The notes below the pieces were generated by a model. That model did no database searches, had not been told where the DNA came from, and was given only the letters and a program-made list of their open reading frames with translations. Made by a program: the position numbers and the translations under genes. This document shows positions 19,156 to 31,476 of a stretch of DNA of 64,000 bases, in pieces. Every line of letters starts with the position of its first letter. The stretch's first letter is position 1. This DNA comes from an uncultured Clostridia bacterium. Lineage in GTDB: Bacteria > Bacillota > Clostridia > TANB77 > CAG-508. The stretch is taken from positions 1,493 to 65,492 of the forward strand of contig CAKOWZ010000010.1 in assembly GCA_934129745.1 (NCBI GenBank). Reading direction: 5' to 3'.

Positions 19156-20004
19156 ATGAAAAAAGTAAATTATAAAAATTGTTTTAATTTAGCAAAAAAT
19201 ACTACAATAAATGTAATAAAAAATATGTCAAAACATAATATAAGTGAATATACTGCACAATGTGCATATTATACAATACTTTCATTTATTCCATTTTTTA
19301 TTTTAGTTATTACATTAATTCAATATACAGGAATTTCTAAAGAAGTATTAATTAATGCAATAAAAACAATAATACCAGAAACAATGCATTCAGGTATTAA
19401 TGAAATGGCATTTGAAATATATTCAAAATCTATTGGAACAATTTCTATTTCAGCCATTTTTGCTTTATTATCAGCAAGAAAGGGATTTTATGCATTATCA
19501 AAAGGAATAGGTAATATATATGATAAAGATAAAAATTTTAAATATGAGTATATTTATGTACAAATAAAATCAATTTTATTAACAATATTTTTGATAATTA
19601 CTATTATTTCTATGTTATTAATTTCCGTATTTGGTGGAGTAATTGTGGATTATTTAAAACAAAAATTATCAATTCCAGCAGATGTAATTAATATATATAA
19701 ATTATCTAAAATTGGTATATACTTTATTTTATTTTTAGTATTACTTATGATTTATAAATTTGTACCAACAACAAAAGTTAAATTAATTAAACAAATTCCA
19801 GGCGCAATTTTTGCTACTTTTGGATGGTATGTTATTTCATTTATATTTTCTATTTATTTAGACACTTTTAAAGGATTTTCTGTTATGTATGGAAGTTTAA
19901 CAACAGTTATTTTAAGTATGATGTGGGTATATTTTTGTATGTATATTATTTTAGTTGGGGCAGAGATAAATAATATAAATTTGCAAAAAAATATTGAAAA
20001 ATAG
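19156..20004 (+). CDS. YihY/BrkB family membrane protein
   Basis: Multi-TM protein with the AQCAYYTILSFIPFFIL signature of the YihY/virulence factor BrkB family. Confidence 0.65.
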   Translation: MKKVNYKNCFNLAKNTTINVIKNMSKHNISEYTAQCAYYTILSFIPFFILVITLIQYTGISKEVLINAIKTIIPETMHSGINEMAFEIYSKSIGTISISAIFALLSARKGFYALSKGIGNIYDKDKNFKYEYIYVQIKSILLTIFLIITIISMLLISVFGGVIVDYLKQKLSIPADVINIYKLSKIGIYFILFLVLLMIYKFVPTTKVKLIKQIPGAIFATFGWYVISFIFSIYLDTFKGFSVMYGSLTTVILSMMWVYFCMYIILVGAEINNINLQKNIEK

Positions 20005-20083
20005 AGAAATATATGATATAGTATCACAAAACGAAACATAATAAATTAACCTTATCAAATTAATTAATAGTAAGGAGAAAAAA

Positions 20084-20536
20084 ATGGAAATTAAAATAAT
20101 GATGTATTTATTTGCAATAATTGTTGTCACATTTATTGTGAATAAATGCAAAAAAGCAAACAAAAGAATTAGTGCAATATCTACTTTTAATTCTGTAGAA
20201 AATGATTTCATCAAAAAATACTATATTTATGAAAAAGCAATAAAAGAGAATTTAGATGGAGAAGACATTTTAAGAAAACTAAATTTGAGTAATAATTTTA
20301 TTCAAATTCGGGGCATGAAAAAACCATTGAATTTTCAAAACTCAAGTGATTTGAGAAAAATTTTTTTGTTTTGTGGTGAAGTTATAATAATATATAGTGA
20401 TGAATTAGAAGAAACCTATGATTATTATGCACAAGATTATGCAGACTTTGATATGATATTAGCAATATTAAAAAATATTCGTATTTGTTGCATGGAATAT
20501 GGCGAAAATACAAATGTTGAAATATCAATCAAATAA
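20084..20536 (+). CDS. hypothetical protein with N-terminal TM helix
   Basis: 150-aa ORF with an AGGAG RBS. Confidence 0.35.
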   Translation: MEIKIMMYLFAIIVVTFIVNKCKKANKRISAISTFNSVENDFIKKYYIYEKAIKENLDGEDILRKLNLSNNFIQIRGMKKPLNFQNSSDLRKIFLFCGEVIIIYSDELEETYDYYAQDYADFDMILAILKNIRICCMEYGENTNVEISIK

Positions 20537-20582
20537 AAAAATAGTGAGTTAGAAAAGAGATTTTCTAATTCACTATTTTTTA

Positions 20583-22988
20583 TTATTTTACAACAATATT
20601 ATAAATTCTATTTTTAACATAAATTTCTTTAATAATAGTTTTTCCTTCTAATCCAGAAATAACCTTTTCATTAGAATGAACAGCTGATTTTACTGTTTGT
20701 TCATCAGAATCTAATGGAACATGAACATTTGCTTTTAATTTTCCATTAAATTGTACAGGTATTTCAATTTCATCATCAATAGTTTTATCATCATCAAATT
20801 CAGGCCATTTTTCATAAGAAATTGTAGTTGTATGACCTAAAACTTTTTCCCACATTTCTTCACAAATATGTGGAGCAAATAAGCTTAACAGTTGAACTAA
20901 TGTACTAAGTTCAGCTTTATTAACTTTTTTATATTTATAAAATTCATTAACCATTGTCATAAAAGTACTTATACAAGTATTAAATTTCATTTCTTCAATA
21001 TCTTGTGAAACTTTTTTAATTGATTTATGCATCATTTTTTCAAATTGTTCTGAATATGTATCACCATCAGTAACAAATTCTTGTAAATTCCAAACTCTAT
21101 CTAAGAATTTTGCACAACCTCTAATACTTTCAACAGACCATGAAGCTGTTTGATCAAATGGACCCATAAACATTTCATAAACTCTTAAAGTATCTGCACC
21201 AAATTCAGCTATAACATCATCTGGATTTACAACATTACCTTTAGATTTACTCATTTTTTCACCATTTGAACCTAAAATCATACCATGTGAAGTACGTTTT
21301 CCATAAGGTTCTTTAGTTGGAACCACACCAATATCATACAAGAATTTATGCCAAAATCTTGAATATAATAAGTGAAGTGTTGTATGTTCCATTCCACCAT
21401 TATACCAGTTAACAGGTGTCCAATAATTAAGAGCTTCTTTAGAAGCTAATTCTTTATCATTATGAGGATCTGTATATCTTAAATAATACCAAGATGATCC
21501 AGCCCATTGAGGCATAGTATCTGTTTCTCTTTTTGCAGGTTTTCCACAATGTGGGCATGTTGTATTAACCCAATTTGTTAATTTACTTAAAGGTGATTCT
21601 CCATTTTCACCTGGTTCATAATCTTGAATATCAGGTAATGTAACAGGTAATTGTTCTTCAGGAACAGGAACCCAACCACAACAATCACAATATACCATTG
21701 GAATTGGTTCACCCCAATAACGTTGTCTTGAAAAAACCCAATCACGTAGTTTATAATTAACTTTTTTAGAACCAATTTGTTTTTCCTCAAGCCATGAAAT
21801 CATTGCATTTATTGCATCTTGTTTATTCATTCCATTTAAAAAATCTGAATTAATGTGAATTCCATCACCTGTAAATGCTTGTTTTGAAACATCTCCACCT
21901 TCAAGAACAGGGATTATATTTAAACCAAATTTTTGAGCAAATTCATAATCTCTTGTATCATGAGCAGGAACAGCCATAATTGCACCAGTTCCATATGTAA
22001 TTAAAACATAGTCAGAAACCCAGATTGGAATTTCTTTTCCTGTTACAGGATTTATAGCTTTAATTCCTTTGATTTCAACACCTGTTTTTTCTTTATTTAA
22101 TTCAGCACGTTCAAAATCAGATTTTAAACTTGCTTGTGTTTTATAATTTTCAATCTCATCAATATTAGTAATTTGATTAGATAATTCTTTTATAATAGGG
22201 TGTTCAGGGGCTATAACCATATAAGTTGCTCCAAATAAAGTATCAGGTCTTGTAGTATAAACTGTTAATTTTTTATCTGAACCTAATAAACTAAATTTAA
22301 CTTCAGCACCTTCACTTCTTCCAATCCAATTACGTTGTTGTGTTTTTATTTGTGGAAGATAATCAACATCATCTAAATCATCAATTAATCTTTGTGCATA
22401 TTCTGTTATCTTAAGCATCCATTGGCTTTTTTCTTTTTGAACAACAGGACTTCCACATCTTTCACATACTCCATTTACAACTTCTTCATTTGCTAAACCA
22501 ACTTTACAACCTGTGCAAAAATTGATTGGCATTGTTGTTTTATATGCAAGACCTTTTTTGAACATTTGAACAAATATCCATTGTGTCCATTTGTAATAAT
22601 TAGGATCTGTTGTGTTTACAGCTCTATCCCAGTCAAAAGAAAATCCAATTGATTTTAATTGTCTTGTAAAATTAGCAACATTTTTTTCAGTTGTAATTTT
22701 AGGATGAACATGATTTTTCATAGCAAAATTTTCTGCAGGTAACCCAAATGCATCAAATCCAATAGGATATAAGACATTATAACCTTGCATTCTTCTTTTT
22801 CTTGCTATTACATCTAATGCAGTGTAACTTCTAGGATGCCCAACATGTAGACCTTGTCCAGATGGATATGGAAACTCAACCAAACCAAACCACTTTTCCT
22901 TTGAGTAATCTGTTCCAGTTGCAAATGTTTTATTTTCATCCCAATATTTTTGCCATTTTTGTTCAATGTTTTTAAAATCATATGACAT
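20583..22988 (-). CDS. leuS: leucine--tRNA ligase
   Basis: HVGHPRSY (HIGH) motif and KMSKSKGN (KMSKS) motif. 801 aa with class I LeuS editing-domain architecture. Confidence 0.95.
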   Translation of the reverse strand: MSYDFKNIEQKWQKYWDENKTFATGTDYSKEKWFGLVEFPYPSGQGLHVGHPRSYTALDVIARKRRMQGYNVLYPIGFDAFGLPAENFAMKNHVHPKITTEKNVANFTRQLKSIGFSFDWDRAVNTTDPNYYKWTQWIFVQMFKKGLAYKTTMPINFCTGCKVGLANEEVVNGVCERCGSPVVQKEKSQWMLKITEYAQRLIDDLDDVDYLPQIKTQQRNWIGRSEGAEVKFSLLGSDKKLTVYTTRPDTLFGATYMVIAPEHPIIKELSNQITNIDEIENYKTQASLKSDFERAELNKEKTGVEIKGIKAINPVTGKEIPIWVSDYVLITYGTGAIMAVPAHDTRDYEFAQKFGLNIIPVLEGGDVSKQAFTGDGIHINSDFLNGMNKQDAINAMISWLEEKQIGSKKVNYKLRDWVFSRQRYWGEPIPMVYCDCCGWVPVPEEQLPVTLPDIQDYEPGENGESPLSKLTNWVNTTCPHCGKPAKRETDTMPQWAGSSWYYLRYTDPHNDKELASKEALNYWTPVNWYNGGMEHTTLHLLYSRFWHKFLYDIGVVPTKEPYGKRTSHGMILGSNGEKMSKSKGNVVNPDDVIAEFGADTLRVYEMFMGPFDQTASWSVESIRGCAKFLDRVWNLQEFVTDGDTYSEQFEKMMHKSIKKVSQDIEEMKFNTCISTFMTMVNEFYKYKKVNKAELSTLVQLLSLFAPHICEEMWEKVLGHTTTISYEKWPEFDDDKTIDDEIEIPVQFNGKLKANVHVPLDSDEQTVKSAVHSNEKVISGLEGKTIIKEIYVKNRIYNIVVK

Positions 22989-23076
22989 AATTTTTATCAG
23001 TCCTTTCTTTTTTTTAATTTTGTTGCTATTATACTATATTTTTTGCAAAAAGAAAAGATGTTTTAAGAAATTTGTG

Positions 23077-23135
23077 CAATTGGGGACGCGTCCTAATTGC
23101 TCATTTTAAACAATTGGGGACAGAGCAATTTGATT
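23077..23135. repeat. GC-rich palindromic intergenic element, copy A (CAATTGGGGACGCGTCCTAATTG + CAATTGGGGACAGAGCAATT)
   Basis: Imperfect palindrome containing ACGCGT in the divergent leuS/adhE intergenic region. Same family as copies at 27186 and 46393. Confidence 0.8.
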
Positions 23136-23237
23136 TCACCAAAAATGTCAAAAAATGTCCTTGAAAAATCATTGACAAAGATTTTCACTTATAGATATAA
23201 TAAGCTCATGAACAAAACCTTAAGGAGGAATGAGAAT

Positions 23238-25850
23238 ATGGCACAAGAAGTTAGTGAACAAGAAAAAATGCGTATTAAATCAATGATTGATGATTTGGTT
23301 AAAAAAGCAAAAAAAGCATCTGAGGAGTACGTAAAACTTGATCAAGATCAAGTAAACAAGATTATTAAAGCTATGTCTATGGCAGGTCTTGAAAGACACA
23401 TGGAATTAGCTAAAATGGCTATTGATGAAACTCATCGTGGAATTTATGAAGACAAAATTATAAAGAATATGTTTGCAACAGAATATGTATATCATAGTAT
23501 AAAATATGATAAAACAGTTGGAATAATAGATGAGAATGAAGAAGAGGGTTATGTAAGTATTGCTGAACCAGTTGGTATAATTGCTGGTGTTACACCTGTT
23601 ACAAATCCAACCTCTACAACAATGTTTAAATCAATTATTGCTGCTAAAACAAGAAATGTAATTATTTTTGGATTCCATCCATCAGCTCAAAAATGTAGTG
23701 TTGAAGCTGCAAAAACTGTAAGAGATGCAGCTATTAAAGCAGGTGCTCCTGAAAACTGTATTTTATGGATTGAAGAGCCTTCAATTACTGCAACAAATTA
23801 TTTAATGAATCATCCTGATGTTAATTTAATTCTTGCAACAGGAGGAACAGGAATGGTAAAAGCTGCATATTCATGCGGAAAACCTGCTCTTGGAGTTGGA
23901 CCTGGAAATGTTCCTTGTTATATTGATAAAACAGCAAAACTAAAAACATCTGTAAATGATTTGGTTTTATCAAAATCTTTTGATAATGGTATGATTTGTG
24001 CTTCTGAACAATCTGTAATTGTTGATAAAGAAATTAAAAACGAATTTGAAAAATTAATGAAACAAGCAGGATGTTATTTCCTAACTGCTAAACAAACAGA
24101 AAAATTAAAAGGAAGCATGTTTATTGAAGAAAAAGGTTGTGCTTTAAATGCTGATATTGTTGGTAAAAGTCCTTATGATATAGCAAGTAGAGCTGGAATT
24201 GAAGTTCCAAAAGACACAAAGGTTTTAGTTTTAAAAGAAAATGGAGTAGGTGTTGAGTATCCATTTTCTAAAGAAAAATTAAGTCCTGTTCTTGCATATT
24301 ACATTGTTGATGGACCTGATGAAGGAATTGCTTTAGCTGAAAAATTAATTGAATTTGGTGGATTAGGTCATTCAGCAGTTATTCATTCAGAAGATAGAGA
24401 TACAATTTTAAAATTCTCTGAAACAGTTAAAGCAGGAAGAATTATTGTAAATTCTCCATCAACACATGGTGCAATTGGTGATATTTATAATACAAATATG
24501 CCATCACTTACACTAGGATGTGGAACTTTTGGAGGAAATTCAACAACAGCAAATGTATCAAGTGTTAATTTAATAAATGTGAAAAGAGTTGCAAAAAGGA
24601 GGGTTAATATGCAATGGTTTAAAATTCCAGATAAGATTTATTTTGAGGCAGGTTCAATTCAATATTTAGAAAAAATGCCTGAAATTACAAGAGCATTTAT
24701 AGTAACAGATCCAGGAATGGTGAAATTAGGATATGTTGATAAAATATTATATCATTTAAGAAAAAGAGCTGATTATGTTCATTCTGAAATATTCTCAGAT
24801 GTTGAATCAGACCCATCATTTGAAACAGTTAATAGAGGTGTTAAAATGATGAATGAATTTAAGCCAGATGTAATTATTGCACTTGGTGGTGGTAGTGCAA
24901 TTGATGCAGCTAAAGGAATGTGGCTATTTTATGAATATCCTGATGCTGATCCAGAAGGTATGAAACTTAAATTTATGGATATTCGTAAACGTACTTATAA
25001 ATTCCCAAAATTAGGTGTAAAAGCTAAAATGGTAGCAATTCCAACTACATCTGGAACAGGTTCTGAAGTAACTTCTTTTGCAGTAATTTCTGATAAAGTT
25101 CAAAATAAAAAATATCCATTAGCAGATTATGAATTAACACCAGATGTTGCAATTGTTGATCCTGATTTAGTAATGAGTTTACCAAAAAGTATTACAGCAG
25201 ATACAGGTATGGATGTTTTAACACATGCATTAGAAGCTTATGTTTCAAATATGGCTTCTGATTATACAGATGGTTTATCTGAAAAAGCTATTGAATTAGT
25301 ATTCCAAAATCTAAGAGAAGCATATAATAATGGTACAAATAGAGTAGCAAGAGAAAAAATGCATAATGCAAGTACTATAGCAGGTATGGCTTTTACAAAT
25401 GCATTTTTAGGAATAAACCATTCTTTAGCACATAAATTAGGAGCAGAGTTCCATTTACCACATGGTAGATTAAATGCTATTTTATTACCTTATGTTATTA
25501 AATATAATTCAAGTAAACCAACAAAATTTGTATCATTCCCTAAATATGAGTATTTTATAGCTGATCAAAAATATGCCGAAATTGCCAGAAAAATGGGACT
25601 TGATGCTTCAACAATTGAAAAAGGTGTTGATTCATTAATTAAAGAAATTCAAAAATTAAATAAAGATTTAAATATTCCTAGTTCATTTAAAGAAGCTGGA
25701 ATTGATGAAAAAGAATTCCTTGCAAAAATTGATATATTGGCTGATAGAGCATTTGAAGATCAATGTACAACAGCTAATCCACGTTTACCTTTAGTTAGTG
25801 AATTAAAACAAATTTTAATTGATTCTTATTATGGAAATGAAATTAAATAA
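23238..25850 (+). CDS. adhE: bifunctional acetaldehyde-CoA / alcohol dehydrogenase
   Basis: N-terminal aldehyde dehydrogenase domain (catalytic Cys region GMICASEQS). C-terminal iron-containing ADH domain ([10 protein letters not shown]). AAGGAGG RBS 8 nt upstream of ATG 23238. The ORF-track start at 23097 is an upstream extension through the repeat. Confidence 0.9.
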   Translation: MAQEVSEQEKMRIKSMIDDLVKKAKKASEEYVKLDQDQVNKIIKAMSMAGLERHMELAKMAIDETHRGIYEDKIIKNMFATEYVYHSIKYDKTVGIIDENEEEGYVSIAEPVGIIAGVTPVTNPTSTTMFKSIIAAKTRNVIIFGFHPSAQKCSVEAAKTVRDAAIKAGAPENCILWIEEPSITATNYLMNHPDVNLILATGGTGMVKAAYSCGKPALGVGPGNVPCYIDKTAKLKTSVNDLVLSKSFDNGMICASEQSVIVDKEIKNEFEKLMKQAGCYFLTAKQTEKLKGSMFIEEKGCALNADIVGKSPYDIASRAGIEVPKDTKVLVLKENGVGVEYPFSKEKLSPVLAYYIVDGPDEGIALAEKLIEFGGLGHSAVIHSEDRDTILKFSETVKAGRIIVNSPSTHGAIGDIYNTNMPSLTLGCGTFGGNSTTANVSSVNLINVKRVAKRRVNMQWFKIPDKIYFEAGSIQYLEKMPEITRAFIVTDPGMVKLGYVDKILYHLRKRADYVHSEIFSDVESDPSFETVNRGVKMMNEFKPDVIIALGGGSAIDAAKGMWLFYEYPDADPEGMKLKFMDIRKRTYKFPKLGVKAKMVAIPTTSGTGSEVTSFAVISDKVQNKKYPLADYELTPDVAIVDPDLVMSLPKSITADTGMDVLTHALEAYVSNMASDYTDGLSEKAIELVFQNLREAYNNGTNRVAREKMHNASTIAGMAFTNAFLGINHSLAHKLGAEFHLPHGRLNAILLPYVIKYNSSKPTKFVSFPKYEYFIADQKYAEIARKMGLDASTIEKGVDSLIKEIQKLNKDLNIPSSFKEAGIDEKEFLAKIDILADRAFEDQCTTANPRLPLVSELKQILIDSYYGNEIK

Positions 25851-25892
25851 TTATAAAAAAATACTCCAGAAATATCTGGGGTATTTTCATGT

Positions 25893-26147
25893 TCATAAAT
25901 AATAGCTAACAATCTGATCCAGGTCATCAGCTAATTTTGAAGTCCATTGTGTTGAATTATTTATTTGTCCAGTTAAAGCATTACTAAGAGCTTTTTGAAG
26001 CTTTGTCAATGACGTGTAACTTGGATGATTAAATTTTTCAGTACATACTTTACTTACCAGGTTGCAAATTTCTTTCTGGTTTGTTTTTGTAGTGATTTTC
26101 CGGGCTTCAGAGATGAGGGAGAGTGCAATTTCCTTTTCTGATGTCAT
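25893..26147 (-). CDS. small hypothetical protein
   Basis: 84-aa ORF with a GGAGG RBS in the reverse complement. No family recognised. Confidence 0.3.
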   Translation of the reverse strand: MTSEKEIALSLISEARKITTKTNQKEICNLVSKVCTEKFNHPSYTSLTKLQKALSNALTGQINNSTQWTSKLADDLDQIVSYYL

Positions 26148-26315
26148 TAATAAATCCTCCTATGAATATTTTATTACTATCTAAACGTACAGACTAGTAT
26201 AACATAATTATATGTGGTTGTCTATAGATTTAGAACAAAATGTTTAATTTGTTTCTCTTGTTAAATTAGAAAAAATATGATATAACTAGTAAATAAAATT
26301 TGAGGAGTGGTAAAA

Positions 26316-27239
26316 ATGCAAAATGATAAAATAATAAGTTGTTTAGCACATGGAGGTAAAGTAAATGTAAGATGCATAAAATCTACTAATATTGTAGAAA
26401 CAGCAAGAAAGGCACATGATTTAAGTCCAACAGCAACAGCTGCATTAGGAAGATTATTAACAATTACAAGTTTAATGGGAAAAGAAATGAAAGGTGAAAA
26501 AGGAACAATTACAACACGTGTTAAAGGTGATGGACCAATTGGACAAATGACTGCTGTTGCTGATAATTTAGGTAATGTAAAAGGCTTTGTTTCAAATCCA
26601 CATGTAGATATTCCATTAAATCCGGAAAATGGAAAACTAAATGTTGGTGAAGCAGTTGGCAAAAATGGAATGATATATATTATAAAAGATATAGGTCTAA
26701 AAGAACCTTATATAGGTATGACAAAAATCATTTCAGGAGAAATTGCTGAAGATTTTACAAATTATTTTGCAACATCTGAACAAACACCAACAGTTGTAGC
26801 ACTTGGTGTTCTAGTTGATAAAAATGGTGTAAAAGCAGCTGGCGGATATCTAATCACTTTAATGCCAGATGCAACAGAAAATGAAATTACTAAACTTGAA
26901 AAAGCCCTAAAATCAGCTGATAGTATAAGTAAAATGCTTAATGATGGCAAAGAATTAATTGAAATTGCTGAAATTGTTACTGGTGATAATAATCTAATGT
27001 ATTTTGAAGATGATTATATTCCTGAATTTAAGTGTGATTGCTCTAAAGAAAGAATGGAGAAAAACCTAATTACATTAGGAAAAACTGAACTAAATAATAT
27101 GATTAATGACATGGAAGAAGGCAAAGATATTGAACTTGTTTGCCATTTTTGTAATAAAAAATATTATTTTAGTAAAAATGAATTAGAGCAATTGGGGACG
27201 CGTCCCAATTGTTCATTTGAGACAACTGGGGACAGATAA
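26316..27239 (+). CDS. hslO: 33 kDa chaperonin Hsp33 (redox-regulated); the repeat element is read through as its C-terminal tail
   Basis: Hsp33 fold with the C-terminal zinc centre CDC...CHFC. ATG at 26316 lies 8 nt after GAGGAG. The open frame continues through repeat copy B (...QLGTRPNCSFETTGDR) to 27239. Confidence 0.8.
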   Translation: MQNDKIISCLAHGGKVNVRCIKSTNIVETARKAHDLSPTATAALGRLLTITSLMGKEMKGEKGTITTRVKGDGPIGQMTAVADNLGNVKGFVSNPHVDIPLNPENGKLNVGEAVGKNGMIYIIKDIGLKEPYIGMTKIISGEIAEDFTNYFATSEQTPTVVALGVLVDKNGVKAAGGYLITLMPDATENEITKLEKALKSADSISKMLNDGKELIEIAEIVTGDNNLMYFEDDYIPEFKCDCSKERMEKNLITLGKTELNNMINDMEEGKDIELVCHFCNKKYYFSKNELEQLGTRPNCSFETTGDR

Positions 27240-27241
27240 TT
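27186..27241. repeat. GC-rich palindromic element, copy B (GAGCAATTGGGGACGCGTCCCAATTGTTCATTTGA + CAACTGGGGACAGATAATT)
   Basis: Perfect 23-bp palindrome CAATTGGGGACGCGTCCCAATTG. Lies inside the 3' end of the hslO reading frame. Confidence 0.85.
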
Positions 27242-27388
27242 ATAATAAAAATGTTAGATTATGCTAACTGAAATGTTAAATAAATTAATATAAATAGTAA
27301 AATAAATTGCAAAATTAAAGAAGAAAGGTATTAATTAATTAAAAATACTAATTTATAATATTTTTAATGTAATTGATAATGTGAAAAA

Positions 27389-27841
27389 ATGAAATTTGTA
27401 ATTCAAAGAGTACTAAAAGCAAATGTAAAAGCTGATGAAAAAATTTGTGGAAAAATTAATCAAGGTTTTCTTGTTTTAATTGGGATAACTCACAATGATA
27501 ATGAAAAAATAGCTGAAGGAATGATAAATAAATTATTAAAATTAAGAGTATTTAGTGATGAAAATGGAAAAATGAATAAATCAATTAAAGATATAAATGG
27601 AGAATTATTACTTGTATCACAATTTACTTTATATGCAAATTGTAAAAGAGGTAACAGACCAGATTTTTTAAATGCTGCAAAACCTGATTTTGCAAACGAA
27701 TTATATGAATTTATTATTGATAAATGTAAAAGTGAAATACAAAATGTCCAAACTGGAATTTTCGGAGCAGATATGAAGGTTGAATTAGTAAATGATGGAC
27801 CTGTTACTATTATTTTAGATAGTGAAGATATAGGGTTTTAA
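27389..27841 (+). CDS. dtd: D-aminoacyl-tRNA deacylase
   Basis: SQFTLYA and NDGPVT(I) signature motifs of Dtd. 150 aa. Confidence 0.85.
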   Translation: MKFVIQRVLKANVKADEKICGKINQGFLVLIGITHNDNEKIAEGMINKLLKLRVFSDENGKMNKSIKDINGELLLVSQFTLYANCKRGNRPDFLNAAKPDFANELYEFIIDKCKSEIQNVQTGIFGADMKVELVNDGPVTIILDSEDIGF

Positions 27842-27954
27842 AAAACTTTGTAATAAAATTTAAATTTGAGTTTGAAATCCAGCAAAAAAAGCTTGTTTTT
27901 CAAGCCAAAAAGTTATATAATAGAAAACAAATTGACAAAAAGGAGATGAATTTT

Positions 27955-28242
27955 ATGCAAGTTAGTGAACAAGAACTTTTACATATTGCAAAATTATCAG
28001 ATTTAAAAATAAATGAAAATGAAATTGAAAATTATAGATTAAATTTAGAGGATATTTTAAATTTTGCTGAAGTTATTAAAAGTGCACCTGTTGATGAATT
28101 AGATGAAACAATTGATGTTAATGATAATTTTAATGTTTTTAGAAAAGATGAGATTAAGGATTTTGAAGATCAAGACTCATTATTAGAAAACGCACCAGAA
28201 AAAGAAAGAAAAATGTTTAAAATTCCTAAGGTTATTCAATAA
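27955..28242 (+). CDS. gatC: Asp-tRNA(Asn)/Glu-tRNA(Gln) amidotransferase subunit C
   Basis: About 95-aa GatC-like sequence immediately upstream of gatA-gatB. ATG at 27955 lies 9 nt after AGGAG. Confidence 0.8.
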   Translation: MQVSEQELLHIAKLSDLKINENEIENYRLNLEDILNFAEVIKSAPVDELDETIDVNDNFNVFRKDEIKDFEDQDSLLENAPEKERKMFKIPKVIQ

Positions 28243-28290
28243 TAATCACACAATAAACAAAATCAATTCCAAAAAAGGAGATGGAAATTA

Positions 28291-29769
28291 ATGAATATTA
28301 CAGAATTAACTGTTCACGAATTACAAGAAAAAATAAAAAACAAAGAACTTACAGTTACAGAAATTACAAATGCTTATATAGATAGAATTAATGAAAAAGA
28401 AAAAGATGTAAATGCATTTATTACATTATTAACAGATGATGCATCAAAAAAAGCAAAAGAAATAGAAGAAAAAATAAATAATGGAGAAATAAATTCTGAT
28501 TTAGCAGGAATTCCAATTGGTATAAAAGATAATATTTGTACAAAAGGTGTACGTACAACATGTGCATCAAAAATGCTTGAAAATTTTATCTCACCATATA
28601 ATGCAACAATTGCTCAAAAATTAGATGATGCAGGTTTAATTAATTTAGGTAAAATGAATATGGATGAATTTGCAATGGGATCATCAACAGAAAATTCAGC
28701 TTTTGCAAAAACAAAAAACCCATGGAATTTAAACACAGTTCCAGGTGGTTCATCAGGTGGTTCAGCAGCTGCTGTTGCAGCAGATTTAGTGCCTTGGGCT
28801 CTAGGAAGTGATACAGGAGGATCAATTCGTCAACCAGCATCTTTATGTGGTGTTGTAGGATTAAAACCAACTTATGGTTTAGTTTCTAGATATGGACTAG
28901 TTGCATTTGCATCATCATTTGACCAAATTGGACCAATTACTAAAGATGTTAAAGATTGTGCAATTTTATTAAATTTATTAGCAGGTCATGATGAAAAAGA
29001 TACAACATCAGTTGATATGCCAAAAATTGATTATGTTTCAAAACTAAATAATAATGTTAAAGGCTTAAAAATAGGTGTTCCAAAGGAATTCATAGGAGAA
29101 GGAATTAATGAAGAAGTTAAATCAGTATTCAAAAAATCAATTGAAAAATATAAAGAATTAGGTGCAGAAATTGTTGAATTTTCATTAGATATTGCTAAAT
29201 ATTGTTTAGCAGCTTATTACATAATTGCATGTGCTGAAGCAAGCTCAAATTTAGGAAGATTTGATGGAATTCGTTATGGATATAGAACCAAAAATTATGA
29301 TAATTTAGAAGAATTATTTGTAAATTCAAGAAGTGAAGGATTTGGACCAGAAGTTAAAAGAAGAATCATTCTTGGAACATATGTATTAAGTTCAGGATAT
29401 TATGATGCATATTACAAAAAAGCACAAAAAGTTCGTACACTTATTAAAAATGAATTTGATAAAGCATTTGAAAAATTTGATGTAATTTTGACACCAACAT
29501 CACCAACAGTTGCTTTTGAATCTGGAACAAAATCAAATAATCCATTAGAAATGTATTTAGCAGATATTTGTACAGTTTCTATAAATGTTGCCGGAATACC
29601 AGCAATATCAATCCCTTGTGGAGTTGATTCAAATGGTATGCCAATTGGTATGCAATTAATTGGAAATAGATTTTCTGAATCTACAATTTTAAATGCAGCT
29701 TATACTTTTGAACAAGCTGTCAAATTTAGAGATAATTTTAAACCAACATTCAAAAAAAGAAAGGATTGA
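28291..29769 (+). CDS. gatA: Asp-tRNA(Asn)/Glu-tRNA(Gln) amidotransferase subunit A (amidase)
   Basis: Amidase signature [13 protein letters not shown] with the Ser-cisSer-Lys triad context. Confidence 0.9.
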   Translation: MNITELTVHELQEKIKNKELTVTEITNAYIDRINEKEKDVNAFITLLTDDASKKAKEIEEKINNGEINSDLAGIPIGIKDNICTKGVRTTCASKMLENFISPYNATIAQKLDDAGLINLGKMNMDEFAMGSSTENSAFAKTKNPWNLNTVPGGSSGGSAAAVAADLVPWALGSDTGGSIRQPASLCGVVGLKPTYGLVSRYGLVAFASSFDQIGPITKDVKDCAILLNLLAGHDEKDTTSVDMPKIDYVSKLNNNVKGLKIGVPKEFIGEGINEEVKSVFKKSIEKYKELGAEIVEFSLDIAKYCLAAYYIIACAEASSNLGRFDGIRYGYRTKNYDNLEELFVNSRSEGFGPEVKRRIILGTYVLSSGYYDAYYKKAQKVRTLIKNEFDKAFEKFDVILTPTSPTVAFESGTKSNNPLEMYLADICTVSINVAGIPAISIPCGVDSNGMPIGMQLIGNRFSESTILNAAYTFEQAVKFRDNFKPTFKKRKD

Positions 29770-31217
29770 ATTATATGATAAGAGATGACTATGAAGTCGT
29801 AATAGGTCTTGAAATACATGCTGAACTTAAAACTAAAACAAAGATTTTTTGCTCTTGCAAAAATGAATTTGGTGGTGAGCCAAATACACACTGTTGTCCA
29901 GTTTGTATGGCTATGCCAGGTGCATTACCTGTTTTAAATGAAAAAGTTGTTGAATATGCTGTTAAAGCTGGTTTAGCAACAGGTTGTACAATTTCAAAAG
30001 ACAGCAAAAATGATAGAAAAAATTATTTTTATCCAGACACACCAAGAGCATACCAAATTTCTCAATTTGATAAACCTCTTTGTGAACATGGTTCAGTTGA
30101 AATAGAAGATGATAATGGAAATAAAAAAGATATTGGAATTTTAAGAATTCATATAGAAGATGATGCAGGAAAATTAAATCACAATGAATTTGGGGCTGGA
30201 AGTTTAATTGATTTAAACAGAGCAGGAGTTCCTTTAATTGAAATTGTCTCAATGCCAGATATGCGTTCTGCAAAAGAAGCAGAAAAATATATGAGAAAAA
30301 TTAAATCTGTATTAGAATATATTGAAGTTTCAGATTGTAAAATGGAAGAAGGTTCACTTCGTGCTGATGTCAATGTTTCTGTAAGAAAAAAAGGTGTAAA
30401 AGAATTTGGAACACGTACAGAAATGAAAAATATGAGCTCTTTTAGATCAATTGTTAGAGCTATTGAATATGAAGCTGAAAGACAAATTGATGTTATTGAA
30501 AATGGTGGAAAAATTTATCAAACAACTTTAAGATGGGATGATATTTCAGGAAAGACTTTCGCAATGAGAGACAAAGAAGATGCTCAAGATTACAGATATT
30601 TCCCAGAACCAGATTTAGTTGCAATACGATTATCTGACGAATATATTGAAAATGTTAGAAAATCTTTACCTGAATTACCTGAAAGCAGAAGAGAAAGATA
30701 TTTAACACAATATAAATTATCTGAAAAAGATGCTAGATTATTAACAGCCTCAAAATATTTATCTGATTTATTTGAAGGAGCTTTAAAAGAATGTGGTAAT
30801 GCAAAAGTAGTTGCTAACTGGATTTTATCTGATATATCAAGAATTTTAAATGAAAATGAAATGGAACCAAATGAAATTCCATTCACATCTTCTGAACTTG
30901 CTAAATTAGTTACTTTAATAGATAAAGGAACTATAAGTTCTGCAATTGCTAAAAAAGTTATAGAAGAATTGTTTGAAAATCCACAAGACCCTGAAATTAT
31001 AATCAAAGAAAAAGGATGGATTCAAATTTCTGATGAAGGTGCTATTAAAGAAGTTGTAATGAAAATTCTTGAAGCAAATCCTCAATCTGTAGCAGATTAT
31101 AAAGGAGGAAAAGACAGGGCTCTAGGATTTTTAGTTGGTCAAGCTATGAAAGAAACTAAAGGAAAGGCAAACCCTGGAATGTTAAATAAAATGTTTTTGG
31201 AAGAACTAAAAAAATAA
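29766..31217 (+). CDS. gatB: Asp-tRNA(Asn)/Glu-tRNA(Gln) amidotransferase subunit B
   Basis: GatB N-terminal [10 protein letters not shown] motif. Its start overlaps the gatA stop (ATGA coupling). Confidence 0.9.
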   Translation: MNYMIRDDYEVVIGLEIHAELKTKTKIFCSCKNEFGGEPNTHCCPVCMAMPGALPVLNEKVVEYAVKAGLATGCTISKDSKNDRKNYFYPDTPRAYQISQFDKPLCEHGSVEIEDDNGNKKDIGILRIHIEDDAGKLNHNEFGAGSLIDLNRAGVPLIEIVSMPDMRSAKEAEKYMRKIKSVLEYIEVSDCKMEEGSLRADVNVSVRKKGVKEFGTRTEMKNMSSFRSIVRAIEYEAERQIDVIENGGKIYQTTLRWDDISGKTFAMRDKEDAQDYRYFPEPDLVAIRLSDEYIENVRKSLPELPESRRERYLTQYKLSEKDARLLTASKYLSDLFEGALKECGNAKVVANWILSDISRILNENEMEPNEIPFTSSELAKLVTLIDKGTISSAIAKKVIEELFENPQDPEIIIKEKGWIQISDEGAIKEVVMKILEANPQSVADYKGGKDRALGFLVGQAMKETKGKANPGMLNKMFLEELKK

Positions 31218-31328
31218 TTGATAATAAAAATGATAGCTAAAAATATAAGGTAAATAAATGAATAATAAAAATGACAGTAAAAAAATTAAACAAACATTTA
31301 AATTAACAATAAAATAAGTAATATTTAG

Positions 31329-31369
31329 AAAAAGCAAATGTAATTTCCAGAAATTACATTTGCTTTTTT
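31329..31369 (+). terminator. rho-independent terminator after gatB
   Basis: AAAGCAAATGTAATTTC / GAAATTACATTTGCTTT stem followed by a T-run. Confidence 0.7.
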
Positions 31370-31476
31370 AGGTGTTTGAGTGTTATTATGGATTTAGAGT
31401 AAGTGTATAATTTGGAGAAGTGAAACATTTGAAAACATAGCAGATTTGTGTCACTTTACAAAAGGAGGTCTTAATT

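Noticed and set aside
22989-23076. Possible T-box leader upstream of leuS
   Set aside because: The leader is only about 100 nt. No T-box (AGGGTGGNACCGCG) or specifier/antiterminator structure is visible. The region is instead occupied by the palindromic repeat.
23097-23237. N-terminal extension of adhE suggested by the ORF track (start 23097)
   Set aside because: The extension runs through the palindromic repeat and has no RBS. The canonical AdhE N-terminus with AAGGAGG RBS begins at 23238.
26261-26662. 133-aa minus-strand ORF antisense to hslO
   Set aside because: Overlaps the well-supported Hsp33 gene. Pro/Ser/Thr-rich antisense artefact.
30590-31006. Minus-strand ORFs antisense to gatB (also 29789-30373)
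   Set aside because: Antisense to a highly conserved gene. No RBS.
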